Source of the DNA: an uncultured Alphaproteobacteria bacterium
Lineage (GTDB): Bacteria; Pseudomonadota; Alphaproteobacteria; Sphingomonadales; Sphingomonadaceae
Assembly: GCA_963791765.1 (NCBI GenBank)
Contig: CAWBTL010000005.1
Location: 302,235-366,234 of the forward strand
Reading direction: 5' to 3'
DNA length: 64,000 nt
In this document: piece by piece, positions 13,193 through 23,090 of the stretch
Layout: each line of letters begins with the position of its first letter
Position numbering within the stretch: the stretch's first letter is position 1
The notes under the pieces: model-generated
The model's database searches: none
Told to the model about the DNA's origin: nothing
What the model saw: the letters and a program-made list of their open reading frames with translations, nothing else
Translations under genes and position numbers: made by a program

Positions 13193-13306
13193 CGTCATGC
13201 TGAACTCGGTTGAGCTGCGCTCGTCTCCGACTCCAGCACGATTGTGCCTCGTTCACCGAACTGCGCCTTTAGGCACAATAGGCCCTGAAACAAGTTCAGG
13301 GTGACG
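13193..13306. repeat. REP-like doublet, family GTCATCCTGAACTTGTTTCAGG (left arm degenerate)
   Basis: CGTCATGCTGAAC... CCCTGAAACAAGTTCAGGGTGACG; family also at 51027-51168 and 61679-61817. Confidence 0.8.
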
Positions 13307-13329
13307 GTGAAAGTGAAAATTCGTTAGCG

Positions 13330-13842
13330 TCAGGCCCCCTCGGCTCCCCGCATCAGGCCGACAACACCGCTGCGGCCCACTTCGACCAGTCCCAGATCGC
13401 GCATCAGCGCAACGAAAGTATCGATCCGGTCCGAAGTATCGGTCAGCTCGAAAATCGAGCTTTGCGGGGTACTGTCGATCACCCTTGCGCCAAATGCGTC
13501 GGCGTGGCGCCGGGCGTCGGCGAGACCGGCCCCGGCCACCTTGATCAGCGCCAGCTCGCGCTCGACATGCGGGCCGAGTTCGGTGAGATCGACCACCCGG
13601 TGTACCGGCACCAGCCGCTCAAGCTGGGCGTGGATCTGGTCGATCATCGCAGGTGGCCCCTGGGTGACGATGGTGATCCGGCTGACGGCGTGGTTTTCGG
13701 TGATGTCGGCCACGGTCAGGCTGTCGATATTATAGCCGCGCGCGGTGAACAGCCCGGCGATCTTGGCGAGAATCCCCGCCTCGTTATCGACCGTGATGGC
13801 GAGGACGTGACGCTCGGCCAGTTCGTGCTTGATCTTCATCAT
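13330..13842 (-). CDS. ilvN: Acetolactate synthase small (regulatory) subunit
   Basis: VDNEAGILAKIAGLFTARGYNIDSL ACT domain; located between ilvB and ilvC. Confidence 0.95.
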   Translation of the reverse strand: MMKIKHELAERHVLAITVDNEAGILAKIAGLFTARGYNIDSLTVADITENHAVSRITIVTQGPPAMIDQIHAQLERLVPVHRVVDLTELGPHVERELALIKVAGAGLADARRHADAFGARVIDSTPQSSIFELTDTSDRIDTFVALMRDLGLVEVGRSGVVGLMRGAEGA

Positions 13843-13846
13843 CTAG

Positions 13847-13986
13847 ATCCTCCCCGGAACGGGGAGGGGGACCATGCGAAGCATGGTGGAGGGGTCGCGA
13901 CCTATCCCCAAACTCAACGCAAGCGGCGAGGTTCCGACCCCTCCGTCACACCTTCGGCGCGCCACCTCCCCGTTCCGGGGAGGATT
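13847..13986. repeat. REP-like doublet (TCCTCCCCGGAACGGGGAGG / CCTCCCCGTTCCGGGGAGGA)
   Basis: GC-rich inverted pair filling the ilvN-ilvB spacer. Confidence 0.85.
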
Positions 13987-14003
13987 TGAGAAAGTAATAC
14001 CCA

Positions 14004-15746
14004 TCACACCAGCGCCTTTGCTTCGTCATCCATCGTACCCGCAACCACATCCCCTTGCAGGATCATGTCGGTATGCGCCGCGCCGCTGGGGATCATCGGG
14101 AAGCAGTTCGCCTCGTTGGAGACGCGGCAATCGACGATCACCGGGCCCGGATGGTCGATCATCGCCTGTATCCCGGCGTCGAGGTCGGCCTCGTTTTCAA
14201 TGCAGATGCCCTTCCACCCGTAAGCATCGGCGAGCTTGACGAAATCCGGCAGGCTGTCCGAATAGCTATTCGAATAGCGGCTTTCGTAAGTCAGTTCCTG
14301 CCACTGGCGGACCATGCCCATCCACAAATTGTTGAGGATGAACACCTTCACCGGCAGCCGGTATTGCGTCGCGGTGCCCATTTCCTGGATGTTCATCTGG
14401 ATCGAGGCATCGCCGGCGATGTCGATCACCAGATCATCGGGATTGCCGCACTGCGCGCCGATGGCCGCCGGAAGCCCATAACCCATCGTCCCCAGCCCGC
14501 CCGAGGTCAGCCAGCGGTTGGGCTGGAAGAAATGGAAGTGCTGCGCCGCCCACATCTGGTGCTGGCCAACTTCGGTGGCGATGATCGGGTTGCGATGTTT
14601 GGTCAGCTCGTAAAGCCGCTGCACCGCAAGTTGCGGCATGATCGCCTGCTTGTTCACCGGATAGGCCAGACTGTCACGCGAACGCCAGCCGTCGATGCTG
14701 GCTTTCCACGCGCCCAGGTCCTGCGGCTTGCGGGTTCCCCAGGCCTCGATCAGCTGCGCCAGAACGGTTGCGCAATCGCCAACAATTGGCAGATCGACGT
14801 GAACCGTCTTGTTGATCGAAGACCGGTCTATATCGATGTGGATCTTGGCCGATCCGGGCGCGAAGGCATCGAGCCGCCCGGTGACCCGGTCGTCAAAGCG
14901 CGCGCCGATGCAGACCATCAGATCGGCCTGGTTCATCGCCATATTGGCTTCGTAGGTGCCGTGCATGCCGAGCATGCCCAGCCAGTCGGCGTGATCGGCG
15001 GGGAACGCGCCAAGCCCCATCAAGGTCGAGGTCAGCGGCGCGCCGGTCAGCGCCTGCAACTCGCGCAGCAGCTGCGCCGCGCGTGGTCCGGAATTGATCA
15101 CGCCGCCGCCGGTGTAGAAGATCGGGGCTTTCGCCTTGGCCAGCATTTCGATGGCGCGGGCGATGTCGTCCGCGCCGCCTTCGATCTGCGGGGTGTAGCG
15201 GTTGCGGCGCTGCGGCGCGCCGGGGTGCCACGGTGCCGAGGCGATCTGGACGTCCTTGGGAATGTCGATCAGCACCGGTCCGGGGCGGCCGGTGGTGGCG
15301 ATCTGGAAGGCCTCGTCGACAATTGCGGCGAGTTCAGCCGGGTCCTTCACCAGATAGTTGTGCTTGGTGCAGTGGCGCGAGATGCCAACCGTGTCGGCCT
15401 CCTGAAAGGCGTCCGAGCCGATCAAGGCAGATGGCACCTGGCCGGTGATGACCACCAGCGGGATCGAATCCATGAAAGCGTCGGCAATGCCGGTGATGGC
15501 ATTGGTCGCGCCGGGACCGGAGGTGACCAGAACAACCCCGGGCTTGCCGGTGGAACGGGCATAGCCCTCCGCTGCATGCGCCGCGCCGGCCTCGTGCCGC
15601 ACCAGGATGTGGCGGATGCGCTCATCGCCGAACAGGGCGTCATAGATCGGCAACACCGCGCCGCCGGGATAGCCGAACACGAATTCGACCCCCTGCCGGA
15701 CCAGCCCTTCGACCAGAATATTCGCGCCGCTGCGCTCTTCGCTCAC
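14004..15746 (-). CDS. ilvB: Acetolactate synthase large (catalytic) subunit
   Basis: [24 protein letters not shown] and GDASIQMN ThDP motif; GTG start after an AGGA RBS. Confidence 0.96.
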   Translation of the reverse strand: MSEERSGANILVEGLVRQGVEFVFGYPGGAVLPIYDALFGDERIRHILVRHEAGAAHAAEGYARSTGKPGVVLVTSGPGATNAITGIADAFMDSIPLVVITGQVPSALIGSDAFQEADTVGISRHCTKHNYLVKDPAELAAIVDEAFQIATTGRPGPVLIDIPKDVQIASAPWHPGAPQRRNRYTPQIEGGADDIARAIEMLAKAKAPIFYTGGGVINSGPRAAQLLRELQALTGAPLTSTLMGLGAFPADHADWLGMLGMHGTYEANMAMNQADLMVCIGARFDDRVTGRLDAFAPGSAKIHIDIDRSSINKTVHVDLPIVGDCATVLAQLIEAWGTRKPQDLGAWKASIDGWRSRDSLAYPVNKQAIMPQLAVQRLYELTKHRNPIIATEVGQHQMWAAQHFHFFQPNRWLTSGGLGTMGYGLPAAIGAQCGNPDDLVIDIAGDASIQMNIQEMGTATQYRLPVKVFILNNLWMGMVRQWQELTYESRYSNSYSDSLPDFVKLADAYGWKGICIENEADLDAGIQAMIDHPGPVIVDCRVSNEANCFPMIPSGAAHTDMILQGDVVAGTMDDEAKALV

Positions 15747-15771
15747 TGTGTTCGTCCTTCTCAACTTTTTA

Positions 15772-15947
15772 CCTCCCCCTTGATGGGGGAGGGTTACGCA
15801 GGCTTGGCAGCTTGCTGCCTAGCCGTAGTTGGGAGGGGGTGTGCTCGCCGCACAGAGCAGCTCTTGCAGAGAGCACACCCCCATCCAACTTCGCCTGGAC
15901 CTCATCGAGGCCAAGGCTTTCGTATCCTTCCCCCACCAAGGGGGAAG
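15772..15947. repeat. REP-like element, subfamily shared with 55859-56022 and 61848-61975
   Basis: CCTCCCCC..GGGGGAGG arms with shared internal CTAGCCG.AGTTGG.AG.GGG / CACACCCC.TCC segments. Confidence 0.8.
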
Positions 15948-15958
15948 AAGGTAGTTCA

Positions 15959-16000
15959 TAAAAAAGAGCCGACCCGGCACAGCAACCGCCATGCCGGGTC
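15959..16000 (-). terminator. Intrinsic terminator between miaA and ilvB
   Basis: Minus strand GACCCGGCA-loop-TGCCGGGTC followed by GGCTCTTTTTT. Confidence 0.75.
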
Positions 16001-16077
16001 TCGTCTCAAACTCGCGCGACACCCGCCGGGGCGGATTTGTGCGGCGCAATATAAGACAGGAAATATCGTGTCAAGTG

Positions 16078-17037
16078 CTATTGTTGAAACAATGATGCGA
16101 AATTGACGTCGATATCGACATCAAATGACTCGATCAGCGGCCACTCCGCCGGCGGCTGGCGGCGGAACCAGGTATATTGGCGCTTGGCGTAGTTGCGGGT
16201 GGCCTGACTGGCGCGGGCCTGTGCGTCCTCAAGCGCCCATTCGCCGCACAGATAGCCCGCCACTTCGCCTACACCGATGGCGCGCATGACGGGCAGTGCC
16301 GGATCGAGATTGCGGGAGAGCAGGGCCTCGACCTCGGCAATCGCGCCGGCCTCCAGCATCCGGGCAAAGCGCAGGTCGCAGCGCTGGTAGAGGAGTTGGC
16401 GGTCGGGCAGCAGGATGGCGGGGTGCAGCTCCACATCATCGCCGATCCCGCCTGTTTTCTCGGCCTGCCAGCTGGCGAGGCCGCGTCCGGTTGATCGCAC
16501 CACTTCCAGCGCGCGGGCGATGCGGGCAGCGTCGGCCGGGGCGAGCGCGGCGGCACGCTGTGGGTCTTCGCAGGCGAGCGCAGCATAGGCCTCGTCCACG
16601 GGAAGAGCGCGAACCTGTTCCCGCACCGCCGGGTCGATCTGCGGCACCGGGGCAATGCCGTCGAGCAATGTGCGGATATAGAGACCGGTGCCACCCACCA
16701 GGATCGGCACACCGCCTGCCCGATGCACTTCCGCAATCACCCCGCGCGCCGCCGCCGCCCAATCCGCCGCCGAACAGGCCATGGCTCCGTCCCATGCGCC
16801 GAACAGGCGGTGCTCGATCCCTAGCATCTCCTCCGGCGAGGGCCGCGCGCTCAGCACCGTGAGATCGGCATAGACCTGCGCGCTGTCGGCGTTGATCACC
16901 ACGGCATGCTTGCCCGACGCTTCCAGTGCCAGCGCCAGGCGCACCGCAACATCGCTCTTGCCGCTCGCCGTCGGCCCTGCAATGAGCGCCAGCGGCGGCA
17001 GTTGGGCTGTGCCTGAAGGAGAATCCCCGGTGATCAT
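16078..17037 (-). CDS. miaA: tRNA dimethylallyltransferase
   Basis: [22 protein letters not shown] and [12 protein letters not shown] motifs. Confidence 0.97.
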   Translation of the reverse strand: MITGDSPSGTAQLPPLALIAGPTASGKSDVAVRLALALEASGKHAVVINADSAQVYADLTVLSARPSPEEMLGIEHRLFGAWDGAMACSAADWAAAARGVIAEVHRAGGVPILVGGTGLYIRTLLDGIAPVPQIDPAVREQVRALPVDEAYAALACEDPQRAAALAPADAARIARALEVVRSTGRGLASWQAEKTGGIGDDVELHPAILLPDRQLLYQRCDLRFARMLEAGAIAEVEALLSRNLDPALPVMRAIGVGEVAGYLCGEWALEDAQARASQATRNYAKRQYTWFRRQPPAEWPLIESFDVDIDVNFASLFQQ

Positions 17038-17905
17038 CGCCCGGCTGATAGCAGATGCTTCCGCGCTGTCCGCAAATTGTGAACGTGCCGTCGCCGCCTT
17101 GGCGGGGCAGGGGATCGCGGCCCGCGCCTCGCCTTTCGGGGCGAGCGGCTGGCAGTTCAGCGCCGATGCGGGCGATCCGGCGGTGGTGCGAGCCGTGCTC
17201 GACGCGCAGTTCGCACCCTCCGATCTGCTGATTGCCGATCACGAGCCGCGCGTGCCGCAGCTGTTCGTCTCCGACATGGATTCGACGATGATCATGGCCG
17301 AATGCATCGACGAGCTCGCCGATTTCGCCGGGATCAAGCATCATGTTGCCGCCATCACCGAACGCGCCATGCAGGGCGAGCTTGATTTTGAATCTGCGCT
17401 TCGGGAACGCGTGCTGCTGCTGCGCGACCTGTCCGAAGATGCCATCGGCGAATGCCTGCGCACCCGCATCGCGATGATGCCGGGGGCGAAGGTTTTGGTC
17501 GAAACCCTCAAACGCAAGGGCTGCCGCACCGTGCTGGTCACCGGCGGCTTCCACCAGTTCGCCGATCCGGTCGCCGAAGAGCTCGGCTTCGATCTGGTGG
17601 TGGCGAACCGGCTGGAAGTGGCGGAGGGACGGCTGACCGGCGGGCTGGTCGGGCCGATCACCGACAGCGCGGTCAAGCGGGCAGTGCTGCTGGAGGAAGC
17701 GGCGCTGCTGGGCGCGGGAGCGATCACGCTGGCGACCGGCGACGGGGCCAACGACATCCCGATGCTGGAGGCGGCCACTTACGGGGTTGCCTATGCCGCC
17801 AAGCCCAAGGCGAGGGCGGCAGCGGATGGCTGGGTTGATCGGGGGGATCTGACCGGGGTTCTGGAACTGCTGGGGATTGCGCGGAACGAGTGGGTCTGGG
17901 AGTAG
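17030..17905 (+). CDS. serB: Phosphoserine phosphatase
   Basis: HAD motifs DMDSTMI, LVTGGF and GDGANDIPM; probable GTG start. Confidence 0.93.
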   Translation: MIIARLIADASALSANCERAVAALAGQGIAARASPFGASGWQFSADAGDPAVVRAVLDAQFAPSDLLIADHEPRVPQLFVSDMDSTMIMAECIDELADFAGIKHHVAAITERAMQGELDFESALRERVLLLRDLSEDAIGECLRTRIAMMPGAKVLVETLKRKGCRTVLVTGGFHQFADPVAEELGFDLVVANRLEVAEGRLTGGLVGPITDSAVKRAVLLEEAALLGAGAITLATGDGANDIPMLEAATYGVAYAAKPKARAAADGWVDRGDLTGVLELLGIARNEWVWE

Positions 17906-17909
17906 GAGG

Positions 17910-18287
17910 TCAGGGCTGATAGGCGAGGCCGAGGCGTTCGGCCTGGGCGTGAAGGTTCTTGTCGCGAGTCCAGATACGCACCGGCTCGTCATCCGCAGAG
18001 GCTCGGGCAGCGGTCAGCAGGTGCGCGTCGATATAGCTGAGTTCGCTGCCGTGAAGCGCCGCGGTTTCGACCAGCAGTCGCACCTCGTGGTCTTCGGCGG
18101 TTGGTATCCGGTGCAGGTCGCTCAGGAACGCAAGTTGCCCGGTTCTGTCCTTGAGCGACCCCATGGCGATTTCGCCGACCACGAAATCGTGCATGACCAC
18201 GGATTCCCCGGCCATGAGATCGGCAAGGTGTCCGTCAGAGCCGCGGTTGATGTGATCGATCCAGACCGACGTATCGACCAGGATCAT
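17910..18287 (-). CDS. vapC: VapC PIN-domain toxin
   Basis: MILVDTSVWIDH...GEIAMG...SYIDAHLL...WTRDK PIN motif. Confidence 0.9.
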   Translation of the reverse strand: MILVDTSVWIDHINRGSDGHLADLMAGESVVMHDFVVGEIAMGSLKDRTGQLAFLSDLHRIPTAEDHEVRLLVETAALHGSELSYIDAHLLTAARASADDEPVRIWTRDKNLHAQAERLGLAYQP

Positions 18288-18481
18288 GCAGCTTCCGGAC
18301 GCCGACGCGGAGCAGCCCAGGCATCGGGGTCCGAACCGCCAAGACGCGCCAGCCGCCGACCTGCTTCACGGGCGACAAGGCTTTCGAGCGCCATGCGGAT
18401 CACGGTCGCCCGCTCTTTTACGCCGGTATACTCCATCGCCTTGGCAAGGAGCTCGTCGTCGATGGTGACTGTTGTTCGCAT
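18284..18481 (-). CDS. vapB: VapB antitoxin
   Basis: MRTTVTIDDELL...LARLGGSDP; overlaps the vapC start. Confidence 0.88.
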   Translation of the reverse strand: MRTTVTIDDELLAKAMEYTGVKERATVIRMALESLVAREAGRRLARLGGSDPDAWAAPRRRPEAA

Positions 18482-18528
18482 GCAGGGATAATAGCATCAA
18501 TTGATGCATTGCGCAATGCAACCGCGCT

Positions 18529-18921
18529 TCAGATAAACACTGCCCCGACCCCGACATCGGGATGCACCGTCGATTTGCCCGGCGGGTGCAGCGTGAAGAT
18601 GCTGCCGTCGGAATTCATCGCATTGAACACTTCCATCTGCATCGGCGCCGAGCAGCAATCAAGCAGCTTGCCGACCAGTTCGACGAAGCCCGGATCGGCG
18701 CGGACCGCGGCGACGATCGCGGGGCTTTTCCAGCTCTCGATAGCGACGAATTCGCCCGGGCGGCTCCAGCCGTAGAACACGAAGTTGGTGGTCTCGCCCA
18801 TGGCGTCGCGGAAGCCATCGACCAGTGCGGTGAACATGCCGAGGAATTCCTCACGCCGTTCGGGCTTGAGCGTGAAGCGCGAGATGAAGCAATCGCCTTC
18901 GGTGATCAGCGGGGCAGTCAT
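18529..18921 (-). CDS. ABM-like (dimeric alpha-beta barrel) protein
   Basis: F.LKPERREEF...FVAIESWKS pattern; overlaps the P450 stop codon. Confidence 0.7.
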   Translation of the reverse strand: MTAPLITEGDCFISRFTLKPERREEFLGMFTALVDGFRDAMGETTNFVFYGWSRPGEFVAIESWKSPAIVAAVRADPGFVELVGKLLDCCSAPMQMEVFNAMNSDGSIFTLHPPGKSTVHPDVGVGAVFI

Positions 18922-20177
18922 AACCGGTTTCCTTTGTCAAAGCCCAGCCGCACACTGGTGACGCCGCGGTGGAGCAGGCCGGGCCAGTAGGCGGTGTCGC
19001 TGCCCTCCAGCAGGCGCAGGTTCTTGAGCCGCGCCAGCAGGGTGTTGATGCCCACCGCCAGCTCCTTGCGCGCGAGCATCTGGCCCAGGCAGCGGTGCTG
19101 GCCAAAGCCGCCGAAGGCGACATGCTGGTGCGCGTTCTTGCGGCGGATGTCGAATTTGCCGGGGTCATCGAACTTGCCGGGATCGCGGTTGGCGGCGTCA
19201 TAGCGCAGCAGCAGCGCCGCGCCTTGCGGGATGGCCACGCCGCCAAGCTCGGTATCGCGCGCCGCCACCCGCCACATCGACGTAGCCGGCGTTTCATAGC
19301 GCAGCAGTTCCTCGACCGCACCCCGGGTCAGCTCGGGATCGTCCGTCAGCGCCTGCAACTGCGCGGGATCGCCGATCAGGCGGACGATGCCGCTCATCAG
19401 CGTGTTGCGCGTGGTCTCGTTGCCCGCCACTGCGATTTCGAAGGCGGACGGGGCGATCTCGTCGTCGGTGAAGGGCTCCATGCCATCGACCCGCGCGGCG
19501 ATCAGCAGCGAGATCAGATCGTCTGCGGGCTGCGCGCGCCGCGCGGCCACGGTGGCCTTGATGAAGCGGCGCATTTCCAGCACCATCTTCGCCGCTTCGA
19601 GTTCCTCTGCGGGGGTGCCCATCCGGCTGACGATCCGGATCACCCCGTCCGACCATTTGCGCACCTTGTCATAATCGGCGCGCGGCAGGCCGAGGATGTC
19701 GGCGATGATATAGGTTGGCAGCAGCACCGCGTACTGGTTGACGAAATCGCACTCGCCCGCCTCGATGAAATCGTCGATCAGCTCGTTGGCGATGCGCTCG
19801 ATGGTCGGGGCCATGTTGGCAATGCGGCCCTGCGCGAAGACGGCGTTGACCAGCGCGCGGTAGCGCTTGTGCTCGGGATCGTCGGAGATCAGCAGCCGCG
19901 CCGGGTCGATCCAGTCCTGCGCCAGCACCGCCGCAACTTCGGGCGAGCTTTCGCCCCCGGCCATCAGCAAATGGCCCATCTTGCTGGAGAAATCACCCGC
20001 GCGCTTGGATACTTCCTCGACCAGCGCATAGGAAGTGACGAGATAGAACTGCTGCCCGCCCGGCCCTTCCGCCAGCGCCACCGGCGCCTCGTTGCGCAAC
20101 TTTTCGTAGAAGGGGAAGGGGTTGGCCAGCAGCTGCGGATCGCTGAAAGGTACCGGCGGTGCGGCAAGCGTAGCCAT
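18918..20177 (-). CDS. Cytochrome P450
   Basis: AGNETT I-helix, EELLR (ExxR) and FGGFGQHRCLG heme motif. Confidence 0.96.
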   Translation of the reverse strand: MATLAAPPVPFSDPQLLANPFPFYEKLRNEAPVALAEGPGGQQFYLVTSYALVEEVSKRAGDFSSKMGHLLMAGGESSPEVAAVLAQDWIDPARLLISDDPEHKRYRALVNAVFAQGRIANMAPTIERIANELIDDFIEAGECDFVNQYAVLLPTYIIADILGLPRADYDKVRKWSDGVIRIVSRMGTPAEELEAAKMVLEMRRFIKATVAARRAQPADDLISLLIAARVDGMEPFTDDEIAPSAFEIAVAGNETTRNTLMSGIVRLIGDPAQLQALTDDPELTRGAVEELLRYETPATSMWRVAARDTELGGVAIPQGAALLLRYDAANRDPGKFDDPGKFDIRRKNAHQHVAFGGFGQHRCLGQMLARKELAVGINTLLARLKNLRLLEGSDTAYWPGLLHRGVTSVRLGFDKGNRL

Positions 20178-20287
20178 CCTCGTCTCCTGTCGTTTTTCCA
20201 CGATTGTAATCAAGCATACTATTGGTTAGCGTCAGGGCTGTCAAAACGAATCCCGGCCTTCGGGGTCGAGGCGAGAGGACGCGGCGC

Positions 20288-21496
20288 ATGCTGACCCCCT
20301 ATGACGAATTTCCGGTCCACCAGTCGGCCTACAGCTTCAGCCATGTGCCCTCGACGGACTACAGCTGGGACGATGGCTATTACTTCGGGGTGATGAGTCC
20401 GGAGCACGGGGTGTTCCTGGCGACCGGTCTGCGGGTCAATCCCAACAGCGACATGGTCGGCGGCTATGCCCTGCTCAACATCCGCGGGCGGCAGTTCACG
20501 CTGCGTTTCAACCGCTGTTGGCGGCCCGATTTCTCGTTGCGGATCGGCCCTTACGAGATCACATTTGTCGAGCCACTCAAGAAGATCCGGCTGACACTCG
20601 ATCCCAATGACAGCGGTCTGGAGTTCGATATCCTGTGGGAGGGAACCTCCGCCGCCTATCTCGAAGGGCACCACTTCGCCGAAAACCGCGGACGGCGCAC
20701 CACCGAGCAGTCGCGCTATTCGCAGCCCGGCGTGGCCAGCGGCCATATCGCACTGGCGGGCGAGCGCTGGGAAGTGACGCCGGACAAGTGGACCGGCACC
20801 CGCGATCACAGCTGGGGGCTCTACACCGCACGCGCGCCGCTGGCACCCGATCCGGCGCTGCTGCCGCCCCGTCAGAACAGTGGCCCGGCCCGCGCTCTGC
20901 GCTTCTGGTCGGTGTTCCGCACCGAAGACTACAGCGGCTTTTACCACCTCCACGAAACCGCCCAGGGCGAACAGCTCAAGATGAACGACGTTTTCGGCAC
21001 GCCGTTCGAAGGCAAGCTGTTCAGGGGCTGGGATGACGAGACGGTCGATCTGGCCACCGGCCGCCACGAGCTGAGCTTCCAGCCCGGCACGCGCATTCTC
21101 TCCGGCGCGACGATCCACCTGACCGACACCCAGGGGCGACCGTGGCGGCAGGAATTCCGCTTCGATACGCCGCCCTGGGTGGTGCAGACGATGGGCTACC
21201 ACGCCGGCAGCTGGAAGGACGGCGGCACTTTTCACACGTATCACGGATCGGAAACGCTGGCGCTGGAATGGGATGATTTCGATTTCTCGGTCCAGCCGTT
21301 CAAGTTCACCCCCTATGTCATCGGCGACAAGGCGCGCGACGATTTCAACCTGGGGCTCGATACCAATGCGCTGATCCACGGGCTGGAGTATCTGGGGGAC
21401 ATCACCACCATCGCGCCCGACGGTTCGCGTTATCGCGGTGCAGGGCAGGTCGAATGCATGATCAGCGGGCCCTTTGCGCCCTATGGCTTCGCATGA
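20288..21496 (+). CDS. Conserved hypothetical protein, predicted beta-rich; paralog of 27359-28498
   Basis: Shared pattern D...HQ...N/D.Y.F/W...PN...G..RDH/RxWG with the 27359 ORF. Confidence 0.75.
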   Translation: MLTPYDEFPVHQSAYSFSHVPSTDYSWDDGYYFGVMSPEHGVFLATGLRVNPNSDMVGGYALLNIRGRQFTLRFNRCWRPDFSLRIGPYEITFVEPLKKIRLTLDPNDSGLEFDILWEGTSAAYLEGHHFAENRGRRTTEQSRYSQPGVASGHIALAGERWEVTPDKWTGTRDHSWGLYTARAPLAPDPALLPPRQNSGPARALRFWSVFRTEDYSGFYHLHETAQGEQLKMNDVFGTPFEGKLFRGWDDETVDLATGRHELSFQPGTRILSGATIHLTDTQGRPWRQEFRFDTPPWVVQTMGYHAGSWKDGGTFHTYHGSETLALEWDDFDFSVQPFKFTPYVIGDKARDDFNLGLDTNALIHGLEYLGDITTIAPDGSRYRGAGQVECMISGPFAPYGFA

Positions 21497-22554
21497 TGGA
21501 CCTGCTGGTCCAGCCGCTTGAGGCCTATGCAAGGGCGCGTTTCGGTCCCGGTGCACTGATCGATCATGCCGAAAAGTTCCCGCGCGGTTCCTCGCGCGAG
21601 ACATGGTTCATCACCCTGCGGCGCGAGGCCGGGGCGGCTCCGGAGAAGTTTGTTTTCCGCGCCGATCACCCCAGCGGCTCGACGATCCCGACATCGCTGC
21701 GGCAGGAGCACGACATCTATGCTGCGCTCGGCCGCACTGCCGTGCCGATTGCCCGGGTGCTGTGGTGGGAGGACGATCCGCAGTGGGCAGCGAGGCCGTT
21801 CTTCGTGCGCGAGCAGGTGGAGGGCAGCTGGGAACTGCCCGATTTCATCAATCTCGATCCGAAATTCGACGATTACCGCATCGCCATATCGAAAGAGCAT
21901 ATGCGCAAGCTGGCCATGGTCCACACGGCGGACTGGCGGGCGGCGGGGCTGGGCGATCTGCTATCTGCGCCTGGAAACGAAGCCGATTGCGGCGCGCATT
22001 GCCTGCGGATCATCCGCGCGCAACTCGCTGAATTCCAGAGCGAGGCGATCCCGGTGATGACCGCGGCCTTCGGCTGGCTGGCGAAAAATGCTCCGCCCGC
22101 GCCCTGCGTCAGCCTGTGCAAGGGCACCAATGGCCTGGGCGAGGAAGTGTTTCGCGATGGAACAATTGTCGCGATGAGCGACTGGGAAGAAGCGCTGATC
22201 GGCGATCCCGCCAATGATTTCGCGCATTGCCAGAACTTCATCCCCAGTGTCGTCCACGATGGCGAGGCGGTGTGGGGACTGCCGCAGGCGCTCGACTATT
22301 ACCATTCGCTCAGCGGCATCCGGGTGACACCGGAGGCCGTCGGCTATTACGGGGTGATGCGGGCGCTGCGGATGGTGGTGTTCAGTCACAAGACCGCGAC
22401 CATCGTCGAGGGCAATCCCGCCGCCAACATCCGCCAGACCTGGACGGCGAGCGAGGTCATGCACCTGGGCAAGCAGGCACTTGGTGCCGCCATCGGCCTC
22501 TGCGCAGCGCCATCGGCGGCGCATTATCTCGAACTCAACGATACCGTGGAGTAG
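21493..22554 (+). CDS. APH/ACAD10-like phosphotransferase-fold protein with atypical catalytic loop
   Basis: RGSSRETW, PFFVREQVEG and SDWEEALIGDP motifs; HGD replaced by KGT. Confidence 0.85.
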   Translation: MMDLLVQPLEAYARARFGPGALIDHAEKFPRGSSRETWFITLRREAGAAPEKFVFRADHPSGSTIPTSLRQEHDIYAALGRTAVPIARVLWWEDDPQWAARPFFVREQVEGSWELPDFINLDPKFDDYRIAISKEHMRKLAMVHTADWRAAGLGDLLSAPGNEADCGAHCLRIIRAQLAEFQSEAIPVMTAAFGWLAKNAPPAPCVSLCKGTNGLGEEVFRDGTIVAMSDWEEALIGDPANDFAHCQNFIPSVVHDGEAVWGLPQALDYYHSLSGIRVTPEAVGYYGVMRALRMVVFSHKTATIVEGNPAANIRQTWTASEVMHLGKQALGAAIGLCAAPSAAHYLELNDTVE

Positions 22555-22559
22555 GCGCA

Positions 22560-23045
22560 ATGATCGTTCCGACCGCAGCGCAGATGCTCAAGACCGTCCA
22601 GCATACCTTCGATGCCGAACTGCGCCCCGATCTGTCCAGCACCGCCACCCGCAGCGCCGCCGCGACGATCAGCCACATGCTGCGCGTGGTCACGCTGCGG
22701 ATCGAGACCGAGGGGCAACTGCTGCTCGACGAAGGCTTGCGGCTGGACGCGCTGCTGCCGCGGGTGCGGCGCTGGCTGGAGGAGCAGGGACTGCCCTCGG
22801 CTGCCAGTATCGCTGCCGCCCCGCCGCATGCGCCCGGCACCTATCCCAGCCTTGCCCTGATGGCAGAGCGGAACGGAGCACTGCGGCAGGGAGTCTGCGA
22901 CGCGCTCGAAGTGTTGCAGGCGGCAGAACTCGACGCCGATGGCAGGGCGCTGCTGGACGAGCTGCACGGCATGATCGCCTGGCAGCTCGAACAGGAAGGC
23001 CGGATGATCGATCCCGCCACCATCGGCCACGGGCCCAGACGCTGA
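22560..23045 (+). CDS. Small helical partner of APH protein (LvaB/DUF6285-like, tentative)
   Basis: 161-aa ORF immediately after the APH gene; similar N-terminus (P....L..V...L...L.P) to 31978-32376. Confidence 0.6.
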   Translation: MIVPTAAQMLKTVQHTFDAELRPDLSSTATRSAAATISHMLRVVTLRIETEGQLLLDEGLRLDALLPRVRRWLEEQGLPSAASIAAAPPHAPGTYPSLALMAERNGALRQGVCDALEVLQAAELDADGRALLDELHGMIAWQLEQEGRMIDPATIGHGPRR

Positions 23046-23090
23046 TGAGCGCCGCAAATCTACGCCGCTAAGATTTACTGGAGAACAAAT

